NCBI GenBank assembly: GCA_032718475.1
Contig: JAUCBJ010001128.1
Coordinates: 1 to 51,673 of the forward strand
From: Nemertoderma westbladi
Lineage: Eukaryota; Animalia; Xenacoelomorpha
Length of the DNA stretch: 51,673 nt
Direction of reading: 5' to 3'
The position numbers and the translations under genes are program-made. Positions 12,001-25,699 of this stretch are shown one piece after another (the first letter of the stretch is position 1; each line of letters starts with the position of its first letter). The notes below the pieces were generated by a model. It was given only the letters and a program-made list of their open reading frames with translations. It did not search any database and was not told the origin of the DNA.

Positions 12001-12621
12001 CCCCTGGCATCCACTAGGTAAGGCCCTATGTACACTACATCTGGCTCCATTACCTCGGACCGCCACAATTCAAACAGTTCTGTGGCGACCTCCCTCGCTC
12101 TCTCACTCGCCAGTTCTCCCTGTCCAAAACAGACTAAGTAACAAAAATGTTTATTCGACTCACCTAGCCTCTGTTATAGTTTAGGCTGGTCTACCTTTCT
12201 CACCTTCTTAGCCTCTTTTAGTAGTTTCTTCATGGCATTGTACGCCCGTCGCAGGCGATCACTCGTCCCGACGTCCTCCTCGTTAACTCTACCTTCCTTC
12301 CTCGTCCGGCGTCGTACCGGAAGGCCCCAACATCGCCGTTCCGGTGGGCCGTCCGTCGCCCTCGGCCTGTGGCTGGCCCACGACTTCGGTACTCCGACCG
12401 CCGCCATCGTCACGCGTCGACTCGTTGTTGTCTTTCCCTCCTCGTTGTTGTCGGCTGCCCCCTTCTTGGGTATTCGGATCGTCCCTTGTTGGCGAATCCG
12501 GGGTGGCAGGCCGGTACCGTCTTGTCGCGGCCTCTCGGATCATTTGGTTGGTGTCGTCTGGGGTCTGCGGCGGCGTTCTTTCTCCCTCTGATTCTTGGAC
12601 CGTTCGGTGTCCTTCATTCAT
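9053..12621 (-). pseudogene. BEL/Pao gag region with long low-complexity and coiled-coil N-terminus
   Basis: ORF 9660-10052 is DUF1759-like; 9053-9535 has LEEMSNFL and CQLHTNRFHQTMNC; 11160-11822 is an E/R-rich coiled coil; internal 57-, 36- and 33-bp coding repeats. Confidence 0.75.
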
Positions 12622-12675
12622 CTTTTTTTGAGTCTGGTTGCGGTCACAGTCTGTTGCAAGCTGGATAGTTTTAAC

Positions 12676-14183
12676 TGTGACGGGATCGAGTTCAAAGATC
12701 CCGACCGGGTTAGGTTATATGCGTCACTTTCTGCTGGGCTGCTGAACTTATATCTTTGGCCGAAGGCCGTCGGGAAAATAACAGAGTTTGTGTTTCTCAA
12801 TGTTAATGTTCCAATGATAATAGCACAGAATTCATAACAGTATATGATTGAAATTATTATTTTCAGACAAAATAGAATATTCATATTGATAAATCTACGA
12901 CAATTTATTAACTTTAAGACCTTGTAATAGGTCATTTGTCATTTTATATCTATTCAAAAATGTAAATAATACACAAAAGCAATTGAAGCATAAGAAAACT
13001 GTACAATTAAAAATTAATGTTTTGGATTAAAAATATTTATCTTGCGATATTAATAGCTTGAACATTCCAACGCCCATATCTGCTTTATCTCAACAAAATT
13101 TAATGGTTTTTGGTATAAACAAAACAAAATTTTTCGGCTTTCTTTCTTCATTATTTTCTTTTCTTATTTATATTCTTTCTAACATAGCAGCTTTGGTAAT
13201 CAGAGGAATCACTCATTAAATCACCAAAAATGAACGCAAAACTGAATAATGTAATAGGAATGCTAAATATTCGTTTGTTTTGGTTCATATTCAATTTCGA
13301 TCCATTAGGACGTTAAATTATCTAATGTGAATGTCCCAATTTGATATATTACTAACAACGTCAGCATTTTTTACCTATACTAAACAATATTTCATAGATG
13401 TTCAGATGCGCAGGAAAAAAGTACCAAATATGAACATTTCATTTCTTTCGTGGATGTCATGTGCTACTCTCCCCATTCTGTAATTTGGCAATTGCTCATA
13501 TCCATTCAGCTGAATGGCACAGTAGAGAATTGATTCTGGGTTACAACTAATAAGCAATTAATGACAAATTCTCGTTGATTATACAGTATTGATAATAAAG
13601 GGATAGCTGCATTCAGACCTGAGAACTGGCAGACCTGACAACTGAGAACTAGTACAAGCTCGCCCAACAACTAACAGTACTGCAGAAAGCCTATATCTGC
13701 ATATGCAATACTTTGCAGGAACATGGCAAGTACCTGCTAAATATAAATGAGCAAAGTAACACTTGCAATATTTATTAAAACTAAAGAAATAACTTACATG
13801 CTCTATTAAGTTTACCAAATTTTTGTTACTAAATATATTTTGACAAGTGTAATAAACTGATAGCAAGGAACTTGCAAATCTTAGGAAATGTACTATGAAT
13901 TTTCAACAGGGATGCTCCCCTGCCCGCTATTGGCTTATATACTAATTGTCACTTTGGCACTCCCTGTGAGTGTTTCCCCCTAACCTTGACTAGCTGTGTT
14001 CTCCCTCCGAGGTGGTTTGACCTCTCACCTCTCTCTGTGGCCTGTATCGCCCCCCCCCCCCCCCCCCCCAGTTGGTTATGAGGCGAGATTATTATTGGTA
14101 ATCTCGTATCGCCAACTATATTGGTAAAACGCCACTGGTCCCATTTTCGGGTGGGTGATGTAAGGGAATTGAATCCGCTTACA
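12676..14183 (-). repeat. Candidate 5' LTR of the BEL element, apparently interrupted by an AT-rich insertion (about 12830-13911)
   Basis: Minus strand begins TGTAAGCGGATT (14183) and ends GATCCCGTCACA (12676): TG..CA with 8/12 inverted match. TATATAAG at 13941-13934. No second LTR in the window to confirm, and no clear PBS. Confidence 0.45.
13934..13941 (-). promoter_or_regulatory. TATA box in candidate LTR
   Basis: TATATAAG on the minus strand about 245 nt inside the proposed LTR start. Confidence 0.4.
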
Positions 14184-15901
14184 TGAACCTATACCAGCAC
14201 TGACTGTGCATGAACCTATAGTAGCACTGACTGTAGATGAACCTATTCTAGCACTGACTGTACATGAACCTATACTAGCACTGAATGTACATGAACCTAT
14301 ACCAGCACTGACTGTAGATGAACCTATACCAGCACTGACTGTAGATGAACCTATACCAGAACTCACTGTAGATGAACCTATACTAGCACTGACTGTACAT
14401 GAACCTATACCAGCACTGACTGTAGATGAACCTATACCAGAACTGACTGTAGATGAACCTATACCAGAACTCACTGTAGATGAACCTATACTAGCACTGA
14501 CTGTACATGAACCTATACCAGCACTGAATGTAGATGAACCTATACCAGCACTGGCTGTAGATGAACCTATACCAGCACTGACTGTAGATGAACCTTTACC
14601 AGAACTCACTGTAGATGAACCTATACCAGAACTCACTGTAGATGAACCTATACCAGAACTGACTGCAGATGAACCTATACCAGCACTGACTGTACATGAA
14701 CCTATACTAGCACTGACTGTAGATGAACCTATACTAGCACTGACTGTAGATGAACCTATACAAGAACTGACTGTACATGAACCTATTCTAGCACTGACTG
14801 TACATGAACCTATACCAGCACTGACTGTAGATGAACCTATACCAGAACTGACTATAGATGAACCTATACCAGCACTGACTGTAGATGAACCTATACTAGC
14901 ACTGACTGTACATGAACCTATACCAGCACTGACTGTAGATGAACCTATACCAGCACTGACTGCAGATGAACCTATACCAGCACTGACTGTAGATGAACCT
15001 ATACCAGAACTGACTGTAGATGAACCTATACTAGCACTGACTGTAGATGAACCTATACCAGAACTGACTGTAGATGAACCTATACTAGCACTGACTGTAG
15101 ATGAACCTATACTAGTACTGACTGTAGATGAACCTATACCAGCACTGACTGTAGATGAACCTATACCAGAACTGACTGTACATGAACCTATACTAGCACT
15201 GACTGTAGATGAACCTATACTAGCACTGACTCTAGATGAACCTATACTAGTACTGACTGTAGATGAACCTATACCAGCACTGACTGCAGATGAACCTATA
15301 CCAGAACTGACTGTAGATGAACCTATACCAGCACTGACTGTAGATGAACCTATACCAGAACTGACTGTAGATGAACCTATACTAGCACTGACTGTACATG
15401 AACCTATACTAGTACTGATTGTAGATGAACCTATACCAGCACTGACTGCAGATGAACCTATACCAGAACTGACTGTAGATGAACCTATACCAGCACTGAC
15501 TGTAGATGAACCTATACCAGAACTGACTGTAGATGAACCTATTCTAGCACTGACTGTACATGAACCTATACCAGCACTGAATGTAGATGAACCTATACCA
15601 GCACTGACTGTAGATGAACCTATACCAGCACTGACTGTAGATGTACCTATACCAGAACTCATTGTAGATGAACCTATACACCAGCACTGATTGTAGATGA
15701 ACCTATAAAAGCACTGACTGCAGATGAACCTATACCAGCACTGACTGTAGATGAACCTATACTAGCACTGACTGTAGATTAACCTATACCAGCACTGACT
15801 GCAGATGAACCTATACTAGCACTGACTATAGATGAACCTATTCTAGCACTGACTGTACATGAACCTATTCTAGCACTGACTGTTCATGAACCTATACCAG
15901 C
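14184..15901. repeat. 27-bp satellite, left block (about 63 copies)
   Basis: Consensus GATGAACCTATACCAGCACTGACTGTA with recurrent variants. Confidence 0.98.
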
Positions 15902-18900
15902 TACTACTACTACTAGGATCGGCATGTTGCATTGCAGCTGCATTTTTAAGAATGCTGTGCCGGCTTGTCAACAACATTGCACCGCCACAACTCCCTATCA
16001 CCCATGACATTTGCTAGATCATCCGCATCTTCAAGGCCAGTGTCCTTTAAGATGCGTCTCAAGAAAGTCATGGGCTGTCCACCATGCGTATTCACTCCAT
16101 GAGGCTGCCAAAGTAGAAGATTATGCACTGGCTGGTCCTCACGGCGAAAGCAATGTCCTGCAAAGCGGAGGCGATTTTGTTCTAGTGTCAAGCTTGGGGG
16201 AACCAATGAGACACCCCCAATGTTATATAGTGTCTGGTTGGAGATGTGTGCATTGTACTTGACACAATGAACCCGGCGTAGCATTCTTGTGAATGTGCCA
16301 TCCAGAGATTTGGTGTCCTCAGCAGTTAGAGCCCAGCATGGACTCCCATAGAGGAGTACGGGAACTACTGCTGCTCTAATAATCGGACCTTAAGTTTCCG
16401 ATTAATTCTCGGTAACTTCGAAATCCTGGAAAGCCTATTCAAGGCTGCCCATGCCTTTCCCTTACGTATTCGAAGGTCCTCATCTGACTTCCGGATCCAT
16501 GATCCCAGGTAACAGAAGTCGTCCACATGCTCAAGCATACCATCCTTCGAGCTTATGCTCCTCCGATCAGAGACTTGTTGAGGACTTTCAAAGTTAACTG
16601 TCAAAATTTTGGTCTTTCTGGAGTTAATAAAAAGACCAACACTAGAAGCAGCATGTTCTAATGAGCTCCCTCTAATGATTCTGAGAGTACTCCTAAGTCA
16701 TCAGCAAAGTCTAGATCAGTTAGGTACTTGGCAGGATTTCCTCGACTTCTGGAGCCAGTAGGTGGAGTTATCATCACCCCATCATCATTATGATGATCTA
16801 AGGACATGCGTAGAACATAGTCAACCACAATAATGAACAAGAATGGTGCAAGTGTGTCTCCTTGGAGGACGCCCCATAACACTTCAAATGGTTATATGTC
16901 ACCGTCAACAGTAGACACAAATGTTGTCGAACCATCGTATACTGATCTGATTGCTGCAATAATTTCATCGGGAAACCCATATAATGAAAGTATGCTGAAC
17001 ATACGCGAGCGAGAGACTGAATCAAAGACCTTGAAGAAGTCAACAAAGATTAACAGCCAGATGCCTGTCTTTCTTTTTTGATAATTCTTCAATTATCCTT
17101 CTAAGTGCCAAAATGGGCTCCATGGTTCCACGACCTTTACGGAACCCATTCTGATTTCCACGGAGCAGTCTCTCAATGGGATCCCTGATGCGATTTAATA
17201 GAATCCTATTGTATAGCTTTGCAGCAATCGAGATCAATGAGATTCCCCGAAAAGAACCATAGAGTGTTAGGTTGCCCTTCTTGGGAACTAGCACCAACTT
17301 ATTTGTTTTCATTACATTTCTTGTGGGACTCTTGTTGTTCGGTACATGTCTACTATGATAGGATAGATGAGCTTTAAACACTCAGGTATTTTATAGACCT
17401 TAGGGGGAACACCATCTACTCCACTGGCACGATCATTGCAGCAGCCTTCACTTCTGCAAAGGAGATATCGCCAATGGGAATATCTGGGAGTACAGACTCA
17501 GACACTTTTACTTCTATAAAGTTATCAGGCAATACCCTGTCATTATTGCGGAGCTTTTTAAAGTGGGCTTTCCAACCATTGAGGCGATCGGTTGGTGATT
17601 CAGCCTTAACCTTGGTGGTTGGTTGGCTTTTTCGACCAGCAAGCAAGTTGACCGATCTCCATGCCTGGCATGATTGCCTGCTGTCGTCAGCATCATTGAT
17701 GGCATCAACATGTTGGTTTATTAGGTCCTGTAGATTAACAGAGTACTGCCTGTTCAGGGACCTAGATGCAGCCTTAACTGCATTCTTGGCCGCTGTAGTC
17801 TGTTTGAGTCGGGACTCTTTCTGTGCCATATGAAGGTCATTTCGGCACTTCTGAATTTTGTTGTCAGTCCAGGGGGCCCTTTTCCTGTTTCGAGGGTATA
17901 CAGGAACTGTTTCTGCAGCTGCTAACTTAACTGCTTCTGTAAAGGCAGTATAGCCCTCACAGTGATCTGCCGCCTCAGAGGCAAGAGCCTCATACATGTT
18001 GCTCAGCTGCAGTGTGAAGCTGGATCTCCACTTGGCTGTTGCAACAGAGAGGACCAGTCATGCCGCGGCAAGGCAGATTTCGTTGTTCTGCTAGCACGCA
18101 GACTAAGTCTTACCTTGGCCACAATAAGGCGGTGATCACTGGAGAAGGGTCGAAGTGTAAATGCATTACAGTCTTGTATAGAGCTCCTGTATTTCCTACG
18201 AAACGGAATATGGTCTATCTGGGACTTGTGACCACTGGGTCCACTATGAGTCCATAGCTTTCCAGTTCGCTTCTTGAACTGGGTTCCAGCCGAAAACAAT
18301 CCATTTCCAGAGATAAAATCCTGAAGATGGACAGAATTTCGGTTAACACTATTGCTATAGACCCAGGGCGATGTAGGTGATTGATGCAGACTTGCATTAA
18401 AGTCTCCCATGAATGTTAAGAATGCATGCTGATCCACTCCATCAGTAGCTGCTTGTAGATTGTGGCAGAAATTTTCAGGGGCAACACTAGTTGGAGAGTA
18501 GCACACAATCAGAACCACCTTAGGAAACTTCTTAGCCAGTCTTCCAGAACATGAGAAGTGGCAACGAATGATGCGGTTAGAGATTTGGTCTATTTTGTCC
18601 AATGCTGTATGTGCAATTGGATTCATCAATAGACCAATTCCACCATTGCCACTATCATCTGCTGACGCGAGGGCCAGTCGCCAACCGCCCCCCCATATCC
18701 TTAATCAGAACCTCATCAGTCTGTCCAGTCTGCATTCGGTGCTCTTGAACACCCACTGCGCTAAGAGAAAGCTTATCTGCCAAGGCAGTCAGCTCACCTT
18801 GTCGCATTGGGGACCCGAGTGTTAGGGTGTTTACTGAGGCTAGTCTAGTGACTTGCCTCAGATTCACCAATGGCTTTGTTGGTCGGGGTGGAACATGAGA

Positions 18901-19168
18901 GTAGCCTCCAACTCCAGAATCCCTCTCCCCATCACAATCTGGCCTCCCTGGTGACCCATGGGTTGGGCCAGAAAGGTCATCAGGAAAGGGACTCAAAGAA
19001 TTATTGGCTGCTCTCTCTCTCTCCAGAAGGGGGTGAGGCAGGCAGCCGGTCAGGAGATAACTGACGCCTGTGAGGCCGTTTGTGTCCGGTAATTCCACTG
19101 GTCTCTAGTGGCCGGACCTCCGCATTAGTCAGATTAGTCATCATTCGAGAGGTCGCAGTAGTCATCAT
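15902..19168 (-). mobile_element. Near full-length decayed RTE-like non-LTR retrotransposon (APE endonuclease + RT)
   Basis: Endonuclease: LASVNTLTL, GVQEHR, MGDFNA, SQIDH, SDH. RT: RGISLISIAAKLYN, QNGFRKGR, FVDF.K.FDS, GVLQGDTLAPFLF, LDFADD. C-terminus RLRFAGHCFR. (TAG)n 3' tail at 15902-15915; probable 23-bp TSD. Confidence 0.92.
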
Positions 19169-22100
19169 ACTGTACATGAACCTATACCAGCACTGACTGC
19201 AGATGAACCTATACCAGCACTGACTGTAGATGAACCTATACTAGCACTGACTGTAGATGAACCTATACCAGAACTGACTGTAGATGAACCTATACCAGCA
19301 CTGACTGTAGATGAACCTATACCAGCACTGACTGTAGATGAACCTATACCAGAACTGACTGTAGATGAACCTATACCAGAACTGACTGTAGATGAACCTA
19401 TACCAGAACTGACTGTAGATGAACCTATACTAGCACTGACTGTAGATGAACCTATACCAGAACTGACTGTAGATGAACCTATACCAGAACTGACTGTAGA
19501 TGAACCTATACCAGCACTGACTGTAGATGAACCTATACCAGAACTGACTATAGATGAACCTATACTAGTACTGACTGTAGATGAACCTATACCAGCACTG
19601 ACTGTAGATGAACCTATACTAGTACTGACTGTAGATGAACCTATACAAGAACTGACTGTACATGAACCTATTCTAGCACTGACTGTACATGAACCTATAC
19701 CAGCACTGACTGTACATGAACCTATAGTAGCACTGACTGTAGATGAACCTATACTAGTACTGACTGTAGATGAACCTATACAAGAACTGACTGTACATGA
19801 ACCTATACCAGCACTGACTGTAGATGAACCTATACCAGCACTGACTGCAGATGAACCTATACCAGAACTGACTGTACATGAACCTATACTAGCACTGACT
19901 GTAGATGAACCTATACTAGCACTGACTCTAGATGAACCTATACTAGTACTGACTGTAGATGAACCTATACCAGCACTGACTGCAGATGAACCTATACCAG
20001 AACTGACTGTAGATGAACCTATACCAGCACTGACTGTAGATGAACCTATACCAGAACTGACTGTAGATGAACCTATACCAGCACTGACTGCAGATGAACC
20101 TATACCAGAACTGACTGTACATGAACCTATACTAGCACTGACTGTAGATGAACCTATACTAGCACTGACTCTAGATGAACCTATACTAGTACTGACTGTA
20201 GATGAACCTATACCAGCACTGACTGCAGATGAACCTATACCAGAACTGACTGTAGATGAACCTATACCAGCACTGACTGTAGATGAACCTATACCAGCAC
20301 TGACTGTAGATGAACCTATACCAGCACTGACTGTAGATGAACCTATACCAGCACTGACTGTAGATGAACCTATACCAGCACTGACTGCAGATGAACCTAT
20401 AGCAGCACTGACTGCAGATGAACCTATACCAGCACTGACTGCAGATGAACCTATACCAGAACTGACTGTAGATGAACCTATATACCAGCACTGCCTGCAG
20501 ATGAACCTATACCTGAACTGACTGTACATGAACCTATTCTAGCACTGACTGTACATGAACCTATACCAGAACTGACTGTAGATGAACCTATACTAGTACT
20601 GACTGTAGATGAACCTATACCAGCACTGACTGCAGATGAACCTATACTAGTACTGACTGTAGATGAACCTATTCTAGCACTGACTGTACATGAACCTATA
20701 CCAGCACTGACTGTAGATGAACCTATACCAGCACTGACTGTAGATGAACCTATACCAGAACTGACTGTAGATGAACCTATACCAGAACTGACTGTAGATG
20801 AACCTATACTAGTACTGACTGTAGATGAACCTATACCAGCACTGACTGTAGATGAACCTATACTAGCACTGACTGTAGATGAACCTATACCAGAACTGAC
20901 TGTAGATGAACCTATACCAGCACTGACTGTAGATGAACCTATACCAGCACTGACTGTAGATGAACCTATACCAGAACTGACTGTAGATGAACCTATACCA
21001 GAACTGACTGTAGATGAACCTATACCAGAACTGACTGTAGATGAACCTATACTAGCACTGACTGTAGATGAACCTATACCAGAACTGACTGTAGATGAAC
21101 CTATACCAGAACTGACTGTAGATGAACCTATACCAGCACTGCCTGCAGATGAACCTATACCTGAACTGACTGTACATGAACCTATTCTAGCACTGACTGT
21201 ACATGAACCTATACCAGCACTGACTGTAGATGAACCTATACCAGAACTGACTATAGATGAACCTATACCAGCACTGACTGTAGATGAACCTATACCAGAA
21301 CTGACTATAGATGAACCTATACTAGTACTGACTGTAGATGAACCTATACCAGCACTGACTGTAGATGAACCTATACTAGTACTGACTGTAGATGAACCTA
21401 TACAAGAACTGACTGTACATGAACCTATTCTAGCACTGACTGTACATGAACCTATACCAGCACTGACTGTACATGAACCTATAGTAGCACTGACTGTAGA
21501 TGAACCTATACTAGTACTGACTGTAGATGAACCTATACAAGAACTGACTGTACATGAACCTATTCTAGCACTGACTGTACATGAACCTATACCAGCACTG
21601 ACTGTAGATGAACCTATACCAGAACTGACTATAGATGAACCTATACCAGCACTGACTGTAGATGAACCTATACTAGCACTGACTGTACATGAACCTATAC
21701 CAGCACTGACTGTAGATGAACCTATACCAGCACTGACTGCAGATGAACCTATACCAGAACTGACTGTACATGAACCTATACTAGCACTGACTGTAGATGA
21801 ACCTATACTAGCACTGACTCTAGATGAACCTATACTAGTACTGACTGTAGATGAACCTATACCAGCACTGACTGCAGATGAACCTATACCAGAACTGACT
21901 GTAGATGAACCTATACCAGCACTGACTGTAGATGAACCTATACCAGAACTGACTGTAGATGAACCTATACCAGCACTGACTGCAGATGAACCTATACCAG
22001 AACTGACTGTACATGAACCTATACTAGCACTGACTGTAGATGAACCTATACTAGCACTGACTCTAGATGAACCTATACTAGTACTGACTGTAGATGAACC

Positions 22101-24280
22101 TATACCAGCACTGACTGCAGATGAACCTATACCAGAACTGACTGTAGATGAACCTATACCAGCACTGACTGTAGATGAACCTATACCAGCACTGACTGTA
22201 GATGAACCTATACCAGCACTGACTGTAGATGAACCTATACCAGCACTGACTGTAGATGAACCTATACCAGCACTGACTGCAGATGAACCTATAGCAGCAC
22301 TGACTGCAGATGAACCTATACCAGCACTGACTGCAGATGAACCTATACCAGAACTGACTGTAGATGAACCTATATACCAGCACTGCCTGCAGATGAACCT
22401 ATACCTGAACTGACTGTACATGAACCTATTCTAGCACTGACTGTACATGAACCTATACCAGAACTGACTGTAGATGAACCTATACTAGTACTGACTGTAG
22501 ATGAACCTATACCAGCACTGACTGCAGATGAACCTATTCTAGCACTGACTGTAGATGAACCTATACCAGAACTGACTGTAGATGAACCTATACTAGTACT
22601 GACAGTAGATGAACCTATACCAGAACTGACTGTAGATGAACCTATACTAGTACTGACTGTAGATGAACCTATACCAGCACTGACTGCAGATGAACCTATT
22701 CCAGAACTGACTGTAGATGAACCTATACCAGCACTGACTGCAGATGAACCTATACCAGAACTGACTGTAGATGAACCTATACCAGCACTGACTGTAGATG
22801 AACCTATACCAGCACTGACTGCAGATGAACCTATACCAGAACTGACTGTAGATGAACCTATACCAGCACTGACTGTAGATGAACCTATACAAGAACTGAC
22901 TGTAGATGAACCTATACTAGTACTGACTGTAGATGAACCTATACCAGCACTGACTGTAGATGAACCTATACCAGAACTGACTGTAGATGAACCTATACTA
23001 GTACTGACTGTAGATGAACCTATACCAGCACTGACTGTAGATGAACCTATACCAGAACTGACTGTAGATGAACCTATACTAGTACTGACTGTAGATGAAC
23101 CTATACCAGCACTGACTGTAGATGAACCTATACCAGAACTGACTGTAGATGAACCTATACTAGTACTGACTGTAGATGAACCTATACCAGCACTGACTGT
23201 AGATGAACCTATACCAGAACTGACTGTAGATGAACCTATACTAGTACTGACTGTAGATGAACCTATACTAGCACTGACTGTACATGAACCTATACCAGAA
23301 CTGACTATAGATGAACCTATACTAGTACTGACTGTAGATGAACCTATACCAGCACTGACTGTAGATGAACCTATACTAGTACTGACTGTAGATGAACCTA
23401 TACTAGCACTGACTGTAGATGAACCTATACTAGTTCTGACTGTAGATGAACCTATACCAGAACTGACTGTACATGAACCTATACTAGTACTGACTGTAGA
23501 TGAACCTATACCAGCACTGACTGTAGATGAACCTATACCAGAACTGACTGTAGATGAACCTATACTAGTACTGACTGTAGATGAACCTATACTAGCACTG
23601 ACTGTACATGAACCTATACCAGAACTGACTATAGATGAACCTATACTAGTACTGACTGTAGATGAACCTATACTAGCACTGACTGTAGATGAACCTATAC
23701 TAGTTCTGACTGTAGATGAACCTATACCAGCACTGACTGTAGATGAACCTATACCAGAACTGACTGTAGATGAACCTATACTAGTACTGACTGTAGATGA
23801 ACCTATACCACCACTGACTGTAGATGAACCTATACCAGAACTGACTGTAGATGAACCTATACTAGTACTGACTGTAGATGAACCTATACTAGCACTGACT
23901 GTACATGAACCTATACCAGAACTGACTATAGATGAACCTATACTAGTACTGACTGTAGATGAACCTATACTAGCACTGACTGTAGATGAACCTATACTAG
24001 TTCTGACTGTAGATGAACCTATACCAGCACTGACTGTAGATGAACCTATACCAGAACTGACTGTAGATGAACCTATACCAGCACTGACTGCAGATGAACC
24101 TATACTAGTACTGACTGTAGATGAACCTATACCAGCACTGACTGTAGATGAACCTATACCAGAACTGACTGTAGAAGAACCTATACTAGTTCTGACTGTA
24201 GATGAACCTATACTAGCACTGACTCTAGATGAACCTATACTAGTACTGACTGTAGATGAACCTATACTAGCACTGTACAT
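19169..24280. repeat. 27-bp satellite, right block (about 189 copies) with higher-order duplications
   Basis: Same unit as the left block; identical rare-variant signature at about 20480 and 22372. Confidence 0.98.
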
Positions 24281-24807
24281 TCCATTATTATATAAATCAA
24301 AACAGATAAACAATACGCATTTACAATAAATTAAGTAAATCCATAATACCCCACCACATTGATAGAGATGATCAGTTGGAGAAGGAACTGGGCAGATCGG
24401 GGGTCGTGGGTATTGGCGTGAAAGCGGCACCAGCGACAATCAATGGTCTGCTGGAGGTAGCTCGGGGCCATGGGGTCTACGACAGTGGGAGGGTACGTCC
24501 CTGACTCCACGGAAGCAGAGTCACCCCATCCACTCGTTTTCCGATTATACATACCCAACCCACAGTAGTATTGTAATAATATTATTGGTGGGATAAAACT
24601 ATAGGATTACAATGTCGAAATATAATAGTAATAAATATATGCCGAAAGGGGTCCTAATAATTACAAAACATCAAAAGATGATGTGATCCTACATGTACCA
24701 AAGCAACCATATAGGCGACCGCAGAAACCTGTGCATAATAATTCGCTTCACATCTGATATTAAGTTAAAAAAGGAATGATAATTTAACTGCACCAATAAC
24801 ATTACAG

Positions 24808-25236
24808 TTAATTAAGAACTCGCAACCCCATTTCCCTTTCCAATTTCTCGGCTGTAAAAGTCCCCTGAATTGGTTCGCAGCCGGGATTAAACACGGAGTA
24901 GGCGCTGGGTTCCCCTTGTAGAGGAGCCCTGGAGCGCAGACTGCGATAGATCAACCACAGAGCAGAAACAACGAAGAATACAGCCCCGAAACCAATCGTA
25001 GCGAAATACAACTGCAACGCCGTCCAAAATAATAGTTTGAGGCAACAAATACCAAACCGCCCATATCGCGTCTCAGTTAGTTCTACAAGTTTTATCAACC
25101 AAACTCTTCGTTCTGCAGTTAATTGTGTAGGTTCTGGGGCCATATCTTCGGGTTCAGACTCAATCGTAGACAATTTAATTTGCGGCCCCTTCAACCGTCT
25201 GTATTCATGGAGTTGGGATTCCCATTGAACTGCCAT
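24808..25236 (-). CDS. SAYSD1: SAYSvFN domain-containing protein, intronless CDS
   Basis: Hydrophobic LLFW..L.LYF..IGFGAVFFVVS followed by EPSAYSVFNPGCEPIQGTFTAEKLEREM; first ATG at 25236. Confidence 0.92.
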   Translation of the reverse strand: MAVQWESQLHEYRRLKGPQIKLSTIESEPEDMAPEPTQLTAERRVWLIKLVELTETRYGRFGICCLKLLFWTALQLYFATIGFGAVFFVVSALWLIYRSLRSRAPLQGEPSAYSVFNPGCEPIQGTFTAEKLEREMGLRVLN

Positions 25237-25699
25237 GGCAACTGTAATCTCCAACTAAACTAATCAAATTGTTCCATATAGTTAGAATAAGAACGAACGG
25301 CTCCACAGCATTCCATTTTATTTGGAATATAGAATATAGTCGCCGAGGACCTACTTACTACAGCGTACTCTACAATAAATGTTGTTTAATTAAACGGATT
25401 ATTTAAAACAGATAAGAACCTTACCAAATTTTATTCAAATAACATTACAGACATTGTTAAACGGAGACATATAATTAATGTATTAACAAGCTATAAAACG
25501 CAAAGCGCATTAATTATGGTAGTTAATTATGATTGTTAATTTTTTTATTTAATATTTTTCAATTAAACATCGCATCACCAACTGTACTGAAATGATTTAA
25601 GTGACATTGTACTAAAATATCAGCACCTTTATAATGACGGAGTTGGTAGTAAAAACTAAAAGTATAGTAACTATTGCGAAACCAAAGATAAGGTTATAT

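Larger units (their letters stand above)
1..14183 (-). mobile_element. Decayed BEL/Pao LTR retrotransposon; 3' end and 3' LTR not found, presumably left of the window
   Basis: Co-oriented minus-strand fragments in BEL/Pao order: gag (PFKFDGSKPEEYLQF...RALDREFG), protease (VDSGA), RT (SLNDYLLEGPN...DIEGMFNQV...FYVDD), Pao RNase H (YDPLG, LHMFSD, PKLEL, YWTDS, NPADLLS), integrase (GVDMFGP, YSDN, ERLV, INSRPL, WRLARV). Many stops and frameshifts. Confidence 0.9.

Noticed and set aside
12620-12680. tRNA primer-binding site after the candidate LTR
   Set aside because: No TGG-initiated tRNA-complementary tract recognisable.
14184-24280. CRISPR-like array
   Set aside because: Units are head-to-tail with no unique spacers, no cas genes, eukaryotic context; same applies to the 26-bp array.
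14076-24439. Long ORFs (454-689 aa) of SAGIGSSTV / DEPIPALTV repeats as real genes
   Set aside because: By-product of a stop-free 27-bp unit; common variants are non-synonymous, and frames are broken by a LINE and by small indels.
24331-24558. GC-richer island with a 75-aa minus-strand ORF
   Set aside because: No recognisable motif or convincing splice sites; cannot be called.
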